This document shows positions 1-13,590 of a stretch of DNA of 64,000 nucleotides, piece by piece. This DNA comes from Octopus vulgaris (taxonomy: Eukaryota). Below the pieces are notes generated by a model. It saw only the letters and a list, made by a program, of their open reading frames with translations, ran no database searches and was not told the origin of the DNA. Every line of letters starts with the position of its first letter. Position 1 is the stretch's first letter. The stretch covers positions 5,208,001 through 5,272,000 of the forward strand of contig OX597827.1 in NCBI GenBank assembly GCA_951406725.2, in the 5' to 3' direction. The position numbers and the translations under genes were made by a program.

Positions 1-261
1 CACACACACACATACATATAGATATATATAAATACAGATACATAATACACACATCCATCCGTATATATATATTTATCGATCGATTGATTGTGCAAGAATG
101 TACATGATTATCAAACAGGAGAGCCATAGACATACACAAACACACAGCAGTCAAACATACACTCATAATACACAATCACTTGTAAATAGTCTATTTACTT
201 CTTTCATCACAGAAATAAAAGAAAGATTAATTTGAGGTACAAATTTTCAAGAGCGAACATA

Positions 262-462
262 AGCACAGGAGTGGCTGTGTGGTAAGTAGCTTGCTTACCA
301 ACCGCATGGTTCTGGGTTCAGTCCCACTGCGTGGCACCTTGAGCAAGTGTCTTCTACTATAGCCTCAGGCGGACTAAAGACTTGTGAGTGGATTTGGTAG
401 ACGGAAACTGAAAGAAGCCTGTCGTATATATATATATATGTGTATATATATATGTGTATATA

Positions 463-512
<50 letters not shown>

Positions 513-738
513 TGCGTGTGTATATATTTGTGTGTGTGTGTGTGTGTCCAACATCACTTGACAACCAATGCTGGTGTGTTTACGTCCCCGTAATTTAGTG
601 GTTTGGCAAAAAAGACCGATAGAATAAGTGCTAGGCTTACAAAGAATAAGTCCTGGGGTCGATTTGCTCGACTAAAGGCGGTGCTCCAGGATGGTCGCAG
701 TCAAAATGACTGAAACAAGTAAAAGAGTAAAAGAGTAT
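262..738 (+). mobile_element. tRNA-derived SINE family A (internal TA/TG microsatellite, GTAAAAGA-repeat tail)
   Basis: Pol III A-box-like TGGCTGTGTGG and B-box-like GGTTCAGTCCC; near-identical to many other copies in the window. Confidence 0.9.
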
Positions 739-1465
739 AGGAAAAAACAAAAACAAAAAAAAAAGCTAAAAAATTATCAGCAGTTCTACATAAAACAGAA
801 GTGTGTTTCAATCACTGTATGATATTACAGCTAACTAATGGAAAACATTTTAAATCTCTTATTAGTAGATTTTTTAAAAACTTTTTTTGCTTTTTCATCA
901 GTAATATATGAATTTACACTATTATTGTCTTAGGTGCAGTGTACCACTAGAGGTACCAGATTTTGAAAGGTTTCTTTTGAGTAGTATGGAAACCATATAT
1001 TTTAAAGGGTCAGGAGAAAGTGGAACATATGATCTTTGTTTATTTCTGAGATACATTACTGGTGTAAGAGAAATGGTATATTTGCGACTGAAATTGGAAA
1101 CTGTATTGGAAGTTGAGTATATTTTGCTCAACACACTTTAGCAGTGCATTGATAAAAATCATCAGAATTTGAAGCAGGATAGGGCTGCATGTGGGGGAAT
1201 ACAAGCATGGCTCCATGATAAGGGCTTATTCTTAACAATCACTTGGTTATAGGATCAACCTCACTATGCACTGCCTTAGGCAAATGTTTCTCAATATAGC
1301 TTCGGGGTGATAAGTCAGTGCCGTGTATGTGTATGTGTGTGTGTGTGCCTGTGTGCATCCCTGTGTGTGTGAATATGCACACACCACACACACATGCACA
1401 TATATATATATATATTAAAATAAAAATGATTGTAAACATATATTTTGCTGGTGTATACTCTCTTT

Positions 1466-1835
1466 CTCTTTTACTCTCTTTTACTTGTTTCAGTCATTTG
1501 ACTGCGGCCATGCTGGAGCACCACCTTTTAGTACTTATTCTATCGGTCTCTTTTTGCCGAACCGCTAAGTGACGGGGACGTAAACACACCGGCATCAGTT
1601 GTCAAGCAATGCTAGGGGGACAAACACAGACACACAAACACACATACATATACATATATATATATATATATACGACAGGCTTCTTTCAGTTTCCATCTAC
1701 CAAATCCACTCACAAGGCATTGGTCGGCCCGGGGCTATAGCAGAAGACACTTGCCCAAGATGCCATGCAGTGGGACTGAACCCGCAACCGTGTGGTTGGT
1801 TAGCAAGCTACTTACCACACAGCCACTCCTGCGCC
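1466..1835 (-). mobile_element. SINE family A (internal deletion in the 3' part)
   Basis: Reverse complement of the family A sequence. Confidence 0.9.
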
Positions 1836-4167
1836 TATATTAATGAAAATTATAAATATTAACAAGAAACTCATTAAACCAGTACTTTCATACAAAAACA
1901 CATCTCATTGTTTGTTCTGCACAAGTTTCGCTGACACTCCCTTATCCACCTCACTGCCATATATGGCCTGAATCAATCATTGGCCCATTGGAAACTTGTA
2001 ATCAGTGAGACTGTTGCACTTCACAAAATGCAATTGAAAATAAATAAAGCAGTGAATTGATTCCATTCAATCACCCATGCAGTATTCAAATCTTATGGTT
2101 GAAAATATCTGGAGAGAACTAGATAAAATGCATTGAAGTTTTAAGCTTTTTTTCATGCAGCTTTATCTATCGCCAAATATTGTTGATACTGAATTCACAG
2201 TCATCCATGTTTTGTTGATAAATTAAGCATTAGAGTCAAGACTATTGAAAATGTTGCAAGACGCAATAAAAATTTTAGGAAAATAGAAATAAGAAATGAG
2301 TGGAAATTTTACCGGTGAGTGTGTTAAATTATAAGGCACAAAAAGAAAATGGCTCTCCTCAGACACAACAGAATATGCTTCAATACACGAACTCATATAA
2401 AGAATCTTGCAAACCAAATCCAAAAACGAAATAAGCATTAGTGATTTATAACAAACTATATTCTCCTCTGATAAACAGTTAATCTTAAACCTAGTATACA
2501 ATAACATTCCTCAAAAGACAAGCAAGAATTACTCAGGAATTAACGATAATGTTTAAGATTAACGAGAGTCTTCATAGTTAACAATAAAACTTATTCAATA
2601 GTAACATATGGTGTGTGAAAATTTCCAAATAATATTTAAAGACCCCAATATTGTGATTTTTGGTAATATTTCTGTCTGACCATATAAGTAATTTTCAAAA
2701 TAACCTTACAGAATTGACTGGGTATCATTCCAGGTGTTGATCTCATATGAAAGGAACATACCTTAACAGGTAAGTCAGTGTAATATTTTTGTTTTTTTGT
2801 TTTTTTTGCTAATTTGGGAACAACAATATAATCGTTTAGTATTGTGCTTGATACAAATAAAGCACTCTGTACAAACATATGAAGTATATATAAAACAATA
2901 TGAGCAAAGATGCCTAGCACACGTTTTTGTGCTTAACAATCATTTAGGCCATATATCTCTACTTGTTCAATGGTATTATGGAAAATATAATCTTAAAATT
3001 ACATACAAGAACTTCTGTTACTGTCAATAACTCTTTGACAGTAGACGTGAATAATCTCAACTTAAGGCATATACTTTGGAAATGCTAAGAAAAACATCTT
3101 TTTGTAGAAAATCAAGAGAACAAATTTGTTTAGTGAGATGCAATGTGCAATGAGCTTGACTCATCAACAATATGGATGAAGTGGGTATGAAGTATAAAAG
3201 GAAGGGAAGTTGGGTGGTGGAAATGAAAATTAGGACAATGAGAGAAGGATGAAAGGTTAAGAAGACAAAGAAAAGGAATTTAAGCTGAAGCAATTCCATC
3301 CTTGTACATTTGTATGGTTCTGGTCCAGTGAAGGTGATAGTTCTTGGTTCCACAACAAGTACTTTTTGAGGTATCTATATTGCTTAAATATCTCTGATCT
3401 GGTGTTTAGAAAGAGGTATTGGTTATTAATAATTTTAAGGATTCCCCTTTTCTCTGCCATATACAAATAACTTTACTTTCATTCTTACTTTCATTTTCAA
3501 TGAGTTTTCAATAAATATTTTGAAACTCTTTTCTTAATTGCCATATGTGGTCAACTAATTTGTTAGTGTTCAATTACAAACTTTGCTTAAATTCACATGT
3601 ATCTATGTAGCATTTACATACTACTTCTAAGTTGAGCTCTATAGATGAGATCGCTGTCTCATAAGTTATGCCTATACTTGTAGGATTTTATCTACTGAGT
3701 ATGTGTTTGCAATCCTGAATAAGCATGTGGTTTCAGTTTTGCTGACAGTTGTGTGTGCTAAAATTATGTTGTGTGTGTGTGCAGGTGCACAAATGCAAGT
3801 GTGTGCATACATACACACACACATGCATGCACACGTGTGCATGTGCATACACACACACACACACACACACAGTTGATGATTCATTATTTGATATTTCAAA
3901 AATCTGAAAACATCAAAAATCCCAAATTTTTCAATCGAACCAGAATCACAAATGGAAAATTGAAGACAGCCACTGACAGATACTGAATTTTCCATCTGCA
4001 TATTTAAAAAAATTTTTTTACTCATTTAGATTTAAATAGCTTTTAAAAACATATCATACAGTTGGAAATTTGATTTGTGAAAATTATTTATATTGTCTGA
4101 TCTATTCTTATAAATGCTTTACACTTAGTCTAGTGAGCTTAAAATATATATGTGTGTGTATATATAT

Positions 4168-5523
4168 CATCATCATCATCATCATCATTTAGCGTCCGTT
4201 TTCCATGCTAGCATGGGTTGGACGGTTCTGTTGGGGTCTGTGAAGCCAGAAGGCTTCATCAGGCCCAGTCAAATCTGGCAGTGTTTCTACGGCTGGATGC
4301 CCTTCCTAACGCCAACCACTCCGTGAGTGTAGTGGGTGCTTTTTACGTGCCACCCGCACTGGTGCCAGCCAGAGCTGGCAAACGGCCACGAACGGATGGT
4401 GTTTTTTATGTGCCACCGGCACGAGGGCCAGGCGAGGCTGGCAACGAACACGAAACGGGGCGGTGCTGGCAACGGTCGCGAAACGGAAGGTTCTCTTACA
4501 TGCCACCGGCACTGGTAACACATCTGCAATTTCCATTGATCGATTTCCATTGATCGATTTCGATTCTGATCCTCACTTGCCTCAATGGGTCTTCACAAGC
4601 AGAGTTTCGACATGCCACCGGCACTGGTAGCACATCCGCAATTTCCATTGATCGATTTCGATTCTGATCCTCACTTGCCTCAACACGTCTTCACAAGTAG
4701 AGTTTTGTGTCCCAAGAAGGGAAGGTATGCATACGTAGGCTGGCTCCATCCCATGTAGAAGGCCACGGGTTGTGGACTCACTTGTCCTGCCTGGTCTTCT
4801 CGCGCACAGCACACTTCCAGAGGTCTCGGTCTCTAGTCATTTCCTCGGTGAGACCTAAAGTTCGAAGGTCGTGCTTCACCACCTCGTCCCAGGTTTTCCT
4901 GGGTCTGCCTCTTCCACAGGTTCCCTCAACCGCTAGGGTGTGGCACTTTTTCACACAACTATCTTCATCCATTCTCGCCACATGACCATACCAGCGCAAA
5001 CGTCTCTCTTGCACACCACAACTGATGCTTCTTAGGTCCAGCTTTTCTCTCAAGGTACTTACACTCTGCCGAGTGTGAGTACTGGCATTACACATCCATC
5101 GGAGCATACTGGCTTCATTTCTAGCGAGCTTACGCATATCCTCAGCAGTCACGGCCCATGTTTCACTGCCATGTAGCATGGCTGTTCGTACACACGCATC
5201 ATACAGTCTGCCTTTCACTCTGTGCGAGAGGCCTTTTGTCACCAGCAGAGGTAAGAGCTCTCTGAACTTTGCCCAAGCTATTCTTACTCTAGCAGTTACA
5301 CTTTCAGCACACCCGCCCCCGCTGCTGACTTGGTCACCTAGGTAACGGAAACTATCAACTATTTCTAGTTTTTCTCCCTGGAAAGTGACAGAAGTTGGTC
5401 TCAGAGCATTTTCAGTGTTTATTGTTCCTGAGCATCTGCCACATACAAAAACCATCTTCCTAGTTAGCCTTCCTTTGACATTGCTGCATCTCTTATGTGT
5501 CCATAGCTGCATCTCTTATGTGT

Positions 5524-5528
<5 letters not shown>
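4168..5528 (-). mobile_element. 5'-truncated RTE-clade LINE (C-terminal ORF 5512-4778, 3' UTR and (GAT)n tail)
   Basis: Open frame with FRYLG, ARVRIAWAKFRELLPLL, MLHGSETW, RRLRWYGHV and GRGRPRKTW, typical of the RTE post-RT region. The tail is (GAT)n and both ends abut TA repeats. Confidence 0.9.
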
Positions 5529-5602
<74 letters not shown>

Positions 5603-6492
5603 CATCATCATTATCATCAGCTTCCCATGCTTGGATGGGTTGGATGGTTTGACCAGAGCTGGCAAGCTGCACCAGGTGCTGGTCTGATTTGCCTTGGTTT
5701 CTACAGCTGGTTGCCCTTCTTCATGTCAACCACTTTGTAGTGTGTGTTGAGTGCTTTTAACATGGTACCGTATGAGCAGTTTTACGTGGCACCACCACAA
5801 TTCCTTTTTACATGGCACCAGCACAGGACCCTTACAGGCCTATCCTCTTCAACAGTGTAAGTGGCGTTAACAATTCTGCAATGGAGGATGGGTCTTCTTG
5901 TTTACAGCAAGGCACCAGGTATATTGGTCCTTATATAAATGCTTGGTTGTGTTTGACTATGTGGTTGAGAAATTTAAAGTTTTTAGGTTCCCACTATGTG
6001 GAACTTTAGATAAACGTTTTCTAAAACAGACCCAGGTCACCAAAATCTTGTGAGTGGATTTGGTTGATGGAAACTTAAAGAAGGGCATTCTTTGTATTTA
6101 CTTGTCTTCATGTTGTAAATGAATGCAACTGTCATACAAGCAGTGTCATTTGTTTTCTACCTTTTCGATAATCATACCTGGCCATGTAGATAATGGAGAA
6201 ATATTAATTTGCTTGGAAGCAGGTGAGAGTTAGCAATAGCAAGGGCATCCTGCCATAGAAATTCTGCCTCATTAAACTTTGTCTGACCCATGCAAGTATG
6301 GAAAAGTAGATGTTAATATGAGATGCATATGTGTGTATATGTATGTGTGTGTATATGTGTGTGTGTGTGTGTGCATATATATATATTTATATACATATAC
6401 ATAAACACACACATATATATACACACACAATATATATATATATACATATATATGTATATATTTATTTATATATGTATAAATTTATATATGTA

Positions 6493-6528
6493 TGTCCGAC
6501 GAACGGGAATGTGAAACTCTGAGTAACA
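6493..6528 (+). ncRNA. Degenerate minimal hammerhead motif
   Basis: TGT-CCGACGA-ACG ggaa TGT-GAAAC-tctga-GTA-ACA. The core carries a U4-to-C change. Sits in a short insert between TA-rich repeats. Confidence 0.4.
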
Positions 6529-6899
6529 GCTTTTGTTATATTTCTGCTGCTTTTAAATAAAGTATATGTATACATATATATTTATATATATAAATACACA
6601 CATACATATAAATACACATACATGCGGTAGAATGCTCACCTGCCATGATGATGATATACATATATATATATATAAGTACACACACACACATGCTATATTG
6701 AACTAGTAAGCTGCCTCATCTCCAGATAACCAAACTCAATGCATCTGTCACTTTGACTAAAATCTTCACTACATTTTCCCACCTTACAAAAATGTCGCAG
6801 AATCATTATTTGTGTCATTCTTTCAGCCCTCAGAAACTTTTTTCTTTATATTTTCCACCTATCAAACTATCAAACTAGAGAAGTTCAAGTTGAACAAAT

Positions 6900-7462
6900 A
6901 ACCTCACTAAATCCTGCAAAGAAACTGTTTAGCTCTACATAAATATTTCTTACCACTCACAATCACCATAACTTATTTAATAAAAACACAATTTCAAAGA
7001 CTGCTTCAGGTGCACGTTTTACAAGGACAATATAATAGAATAATAAAAAGACAAAATAAATAGATAAACAAAAATAAAAACTAAACGAAAACTTTTCATG
7101 ATTGTACAAAAGATCTAAACACCTCATAATTTAAGTGTAGCTATAAAATTTCAAACGACTGTCCACTTTGTGGTGAATATTTAAGAAAAGGTATTGTCTC
7201 TTGTGGCATAGTAACAGTAAATGATGGCAAAAAAGAACGCTATAGAGAACTCATAGAAAACACATTTAAATTCCATTATTCACATCATACTAGCTTTTTC
7301 TGAAGCATACATAAGAATAATGTGACAGCTTTGACGAAGCATATTTCATCAATAAATGAAAATGGTGAATATAATATTGAAATAAAATGGATGCATTATA
7401 GAGTCTGCCAAAGTACACTGGAGGCACAAAGAAATGTGAATGTGATGCTTGGCTGGAAAAAA
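6900..7462 (+). pseudogene. Penelope-like element GIY-YIG endonuclease remnant
   Basis: Translation C...CPLCGEYLRKGIV...VT...Y.ELIENTFKFHYSHHTSF...TALTKHI...IKW follows the Penelope-type CxC..CPLxGxCL..IVY..YIG.TE..FK.R...H..SF...T.LSKH pattern; upstream LFNKNT. Contains stops. Confidence 0.6.
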
Positions 7463-7475
7463 CATTATATATATG

Positions 7476-7526
<51 letters not shown>

Positions 7527-7665
7527 CCATGCAAAATTACAAATTACTAAGGAAAGAGGAAAAATTAATATCAAAATGCAAACATGTAAACAAGTATTGC
7601 CTCAAGAATTTCAAAGACTTACAGCCCGATTGACATCCCATAATCAGAAAAAGAAAATAACTATG

Positions 7666-7696
<31 letters not shown>

Positions 7697-7726
7697 GATG
7701 ATGATGATGATGATATATATATATAT

Positions 7727-7778
<52 letters not shown>

Positions 7779-7779
<1 letters not shown>

Positions 7780-8037
7780 GATCGCGGTTTCGATTCCCAG
7801 ACCAGGCGTTGTGAGTGTTTATTGAGCAAAAACACCTAAAAGCTCCACGAGGCTCCGGCAGGGGGTGGTGATCCCTGCTGTACTCTTTCACCACTCTTTC
7901 TTTCACTCTTTCTTCTGTTGGCCTGCTCGCTTAGCCAGCGGGGTGGCGTCATTCGAAGGCTAAAACAATGCGAATGCATAGTGACCAGTGATGTGTAACT
8001 ACATCTGATGGACTGGTCGGTCACGTGTGTGTGACGT

Positions 8038-8042
<5 letters not shown>
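7779..8042 (+). mobile_element. Probable third SINE family, 5'-truncated, inserted in (TA)n
   Basis: B-box-like GGTTTCGATTCCC at the start; CpG-retaining ~260 bp body; (TA)n on both sides. Confidence 0.6.
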
Positions 8043-8076
<34 letters not shown>

Positions 8077-8313
8077 CATGGCAAACATGTTCAATATAGC
8101 TTTATAACATGCAGTGAGTTACTATAGTAGTTTAAGTCTAACTTCAGCATGCTCATCATTTCTCTCTTGTCTATGTACATATATGTATAGCTATCTATGT
8201 GTCTGTCTGTCTAATATATGTATTTGTCTATTGGATTCTAACACCAGGTTTACAATACTGCTATGCAAAAGCAAACTAATAATAACAATAACAATAATAA
8301 TAATAACAATAAC

Positions 8314-8345
<32 letters not shown>

Positions 8346-8662
8346 TAATAATGACTATATATATATATATATATAATCATCATTGTCATAATCATTCTAA
8401 TGTCCACTCTTCCATGTTTGCATGAATACACACACATGCAGGTACCTATACACACTTATATATATATAAATTTAGATATTTATGTGAGTGTGTGCATACA
8501 TGCATACATGCTGGTCATATGAACCTCCTATTGTTTGACCAAATGGATGACTTCCTCATCGATTTGGCATGTGGAGTGGGTGAGCACTTCACAGACAATT
8601 GCCCAAGATGTCATCTTATAGGACTTCATGGTCAGGAAGCTAACCACTCATCCCTGAATGTG

Positions 8663-8700
<38 letters not shown>

Positions 8701-8701
8701 A

Positions 8702-8742
<41 letters not shown>

Positions 8743-10496
8743 TTGGAGTGTTTTGGAAATTCCTTGATACAGTTATGATATTTGAAGAGAAGATTTTTTT
8801 CTCAAAGAGTTAAGATTAAGAAAAGAACATTTTTAAAAAGTCGATATCTATGTATCATCATTTAGCATCCATGTCCGATGCTGGCATGAGTTAGAGTATT
8901 GACATGGGCAGGATGGTCTGCTGGCATGGGTTGAAATACTGGTAAGGGATGGCCAAAGGAAATGTGTTTCCATGCCAGCAATCAAACATGGGCTGATTGG
9001 ATGAACATCAGGAATCCTAGCCACTAGACCACATATACACATATTTATATATGTGTATACGCATGAATATGTACATATAAATGCATGTGAATGTCTGTCT
9101 GTTTGTCTCTGTGTGTGGGTGTATAAATCCTGAATAATGAACCTAATCTTCCTCAGAGTAAACTTTAATGCCATACTCATTACACTATTGGTTTCCTTTT
9201 AATTCAGCCTTTCTTATGTGAGAACTCTAAGTACACTGTGTAGCACAATCTTTTGTCCTTGGGTAGCTACTGTTATTTCCTATTTGTTTACCCCCAGACA
9301 ATATGAAAAATGGCTAATGTTTCCTTTAAACTTTGTTTTTGTGTTAAGTTTATTCAAACCCCAAAGAACCCTTCTCAACACATGGACCTGTTCATGATCA
9401 GAGATGCACATATAGCCAGCAACAAATAGACATGCTCAAGTAGTTGAGGGCGAGCAATTGACAAGCAGTTCTATGGTATTGAGCAGAATATTTACTATTA
9501 TGATATTTCTGCTTGAGCAAATCAATGCTGAAGCTATCTGAAATGTAATGGAAAATAGGTCAGTTTTGAATCATTGATGTCCAGGCTACAAAAGCAAGTT
9601 TGAAGGGAATAGTAGTCATTTCCTTTGATTTCTAGATAGAATCAAATAGGAAATAACATTTACAGGCTAACAACAAAGAAAAACTAAAAGAAATTTTGTT
9701 ACAGTTATTCCTTTATAGTTTATTTTCTTTAAAGTAGAATTATATATTCCGGTTAATCTAATGTTTGTCAACAAAAAGTTTCATCGCTCAACTCAAAGAT
9801 CCTAAAATATGTTGTAAGTTGGTTCCTTTAAAAGCACTGAGTGTCCTGGTACGTTGGATGGGGTGTTCCCACTGACATCATATGCGATGACAGAGATTTA
9901 TCATAATTGATCAGTCCAAAACCAAATGAGAGTATAAAAGAGACCAATATCATTACATAAGTTAAGGGGGGGAGAAATGCGAATATTCAATGCATGCAGC
10001 TACATGGATGATTCTAATGAAAGGTGGTGGTGGTGGTTTCATTGAGAACATGTGATATCAAGTTGCGAGTATTGTACTACAACATGTTGTGCCATATGTT
10101 TTGGTCCCACTCCACACACACACACACGCATTGAGGAATGGGCCTTTGTCAGGTTTTATGATGTAGGTTCAGTCGTTCAGTTAGCTGAATTTATAAGCAC
10201 ATCCAATTAACATAGTCTGTTCTGCCTTCTTCAGACCCATGTGCTCTTAAACTGATTCCCAGGTAGAACCTTCTGGTAGAATCTTCCCAGGTAGAATGAC
10301 ATAGGGAATGACAAGATTATACCTTTGATAGGCTTCCCATCTGATGGGCTTCTCTGCTGTCTCTGGTTCTTCAGTTTTATTCCTATGGTGTGAACCAACT
10401 AACGTGACAGAAAATGTCACTTGCCCAAAATGCTATGCAATGGCTCATAGCTGGGATTTCATGATTGTTAAGTGAAATTCTTAATTATTTTATGTA

Positions 10497-10528
<32 letters not shown>

Positions 10529-10565
10529 AGAGATGGGTGGGTGGGGATACATGTGCATGCATTAT

Positions 10566-10736
10566 CTTCTTTTACTTGTTTCAGTTACTGAATTGTGGCC
10601 ATGCTGGGGTCTTGAAGAGTTTAGTCGAACGAATTGACCACAATGCCTATTTTCTAGTCTGGTAACAAGCTGCTAAATTACAGGACATAAACAAGCCAAC
10701 ACCGGTTTTCAAGTAGTGGTTGGGGTCAAAGATATA

Positions 10737-10789
<53 letters not shown>

Positions 10790-10961
10790 GCATATATACG
10801 ATGGGCTTCTTTCAGTTTCCATCTACCAAATCCACTCACAAGGCTTTGGTCAGCCTGAGGCTATAGTAGAAGACACTTGCTCAAGGTGCTACGCAGTGGG
10901 ACTGAACCCGGAACCATGTGGTTCATAAGCAAGCTACTTACCACACAGCCACTCCTATGCC
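10566..10961 (-). mobile_element. SINE family A (diverged 3' half)
   Basis: Reverse complement of the family A head and body. Confidence 0.85.
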
Positions 10962-12325
10962 TATATATGTATTTAATTCTGAGGGATTCATTTTCTTTTA
11001 CAGTAATTGAAAGCCCATTCCTGTTCTTCCCTTTTAGGTGATGTAGTAGCATAGGGAAAGATAAACTGAAATACCTAAGCATTTGTTTAATGACTACATT
11101 TTCATATACATGTGCATCCATACACATATACATATAAGGACATACTTAATTAATATAGATTAAACTCTATCAAAAATTGGCTTATCAATTTGGTTGATTC
11201 CAGCTATTACACAGGTGACAAAAAAACAAATAATATTACTAATTTATTTATACACATTCTGCAGTCACATACTCATCTGCAAACACACACACACAGACAC
11301 ACACACAGACACAGACACACACACACACACACACACAAACACACACAAACTCTTATTTACACTCACATTTATACACACATACACATGCTCTCTCACACGT
11401 ACACAAATTCCTATCTATATACTTTGATTATTTCAGAATAAATATTAATTCTAAGCTGCTTTGCTGTTTATCACATCTTAATACTACATTTTCCTATATC
11501 TAATATCTTTCTTGTTCTTCAGGGAATAATGAAGAGTTTTGTGAGGCAATCCATTAATTTACTAATGGTAAGGGTTAATGGCAAAAAAACAAGTTGATGA
11601 CAATGATGATGATGAATGATTTTGGTGGTAGTTGGTAGGGGTGGTCATGGTGACAACGAGGAGTACTACGAGACAATGATGCTGATGATGAAGGGAGTGA
11701 TAGTAGGGAATGAGGATGAGGGTTAATGATGTCAATCATCGTTGCAAAAATTATTGTAGAGGCAACGACAAAAAAGGATGAAATAAAATGCATATTTCTG
11801 GTTGTTTGTATCATGCATGCAGGCATGCATGCAAGCAAGCATGCATGCTTGCATGCACATACACTCGCAGAGCACAAGCATATTGAACATAGACACCAAG
11901 ACTGAAAGCAGAAGTAGATGATATATCTAGCATGATGTTTTAGCCAAATAAAATAAAGTATATCTCATTCATGGATCACTTGGTTCATATTCCACAGAAC
12001 CAACATTATATTATGTTGTAGGACTAAGTAGTTACCCCTAATATCCTAGACAAGCCTGACTTATTTCTAGGCTTACAGCACACATTTACACTCTTTATTA
12101 TATGTGTGTGTCTTAGCGTGTATATATATATATTGTTTATACATATACATTATATATACACATGCTGTATGAGTGCACACACTTTTACATAAATTTTCAA
12201 ATATGCTTGTATATCTATATCTGTCTGTCTCTATCTTCCTCTCTTCATATATAAATATATATATCTTTATATATAAATAAATGAAAGAATGGAGTCGATA
12301 AACATAGGATAATTCATTCACCTAT

Positions 12326-12638
<313 letters not shown>

Positions 12639-13139
12639 CTTTATATATATACACACACATATATATATGCATTTGTATATGCATGTGTGTGTATGTTATA
12701 TTTTAGCTTGTTATGTATGCTCATGAGCACATGTAGTTCTTTTTACTTATATTCTCAAATGTATACATTTATGCATATATTCATATCCAAAAGGTGTAAC
12801 AAGATACTTCTAATGATAAATGATATAAATTTAAGTCATCACTGTGATGTGTAATCAGATACACATAAAAAAAAAATGTAAAAACAATTATCTTGGACAG
12901 AAAATATGTGGACAGAAAATGAGGGATGGGTCTGGCTGGTTTTGAGTCTAGTTGAAGACTTTATTGCAGACCAAACACTAGCTTAATCAACCATTCAACA
13001 GACGTGTGGCTTATAGCCATTATAGTCACATTATAATTCTGACTCAGGTAAGTCAGTTAGCCTGATTTGCATAATAATGCATTCGTTGGCAGTGTGGGCT
13101 ATTAATTAACTAATAATCTGCTAAACAGTATTCGCTACA

Positions 13140-13590
13140 TAACAGCATTGTTCGACTAGCAGTTCTGTGTGTGTGTGAGATTTGGAAGAGCATCATGGAA
13201 ATTGACAGAAAGCTAAGATGTGTTCCGCCAAAGATGCTTGAGAAGGATTCTGAGAATGTACTAATAAGACCACATGACCAATGAAAGACATTCTCGAGGG
13301 ATCCAATACGAGACCACTGGGCAAAATCACCACAGAAGGCAGATTAAAGCCAGCAAGTCTCAAACACTAGGTACAAGAGCAAAACCATTCTAAAACAGCT
13401 TTTAAATGGACACCGTCTGAGGGGAAAAGAGAAAGAGAGTGGAAGACCGAAAACTACGCAGCTCTGATCATTCTTAGCCAGCGTGAGAAAGGTCAACATC
13501 ACATGGCTGGATGTAGGGAAAACTGCAGCCAACAGAAAACTGGCATCGACTTGCTGCCCAGTGCGCCTGAGAGCACAGGTGGGACTGATT
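13140..13590 (+). pseudogene. Old RTE-type LINE ORF C-terminal remnant
   Basis: Degenerate translation CEIW...RQRCLRRILRMY..DHMTNE resembles the RTE CETW...RCLRRILRI.W.D..TNEE segment; contains stops and frameshifts. Confidence 0.55.

Noticed and set aside
262-340. tRNA gene candidates at SINE heads
   Set aside because: A/B boxes are present, but they are followed by the SINE body and do not form a full cloverleaf; they are tRNA-derived heads, not tRNA genes.
1870-2500. Possible hAT transposase remnant (YMAVRWI resembles HTxVRWL)
   Set aside because: Single short motif with no TIRs or other clear support.
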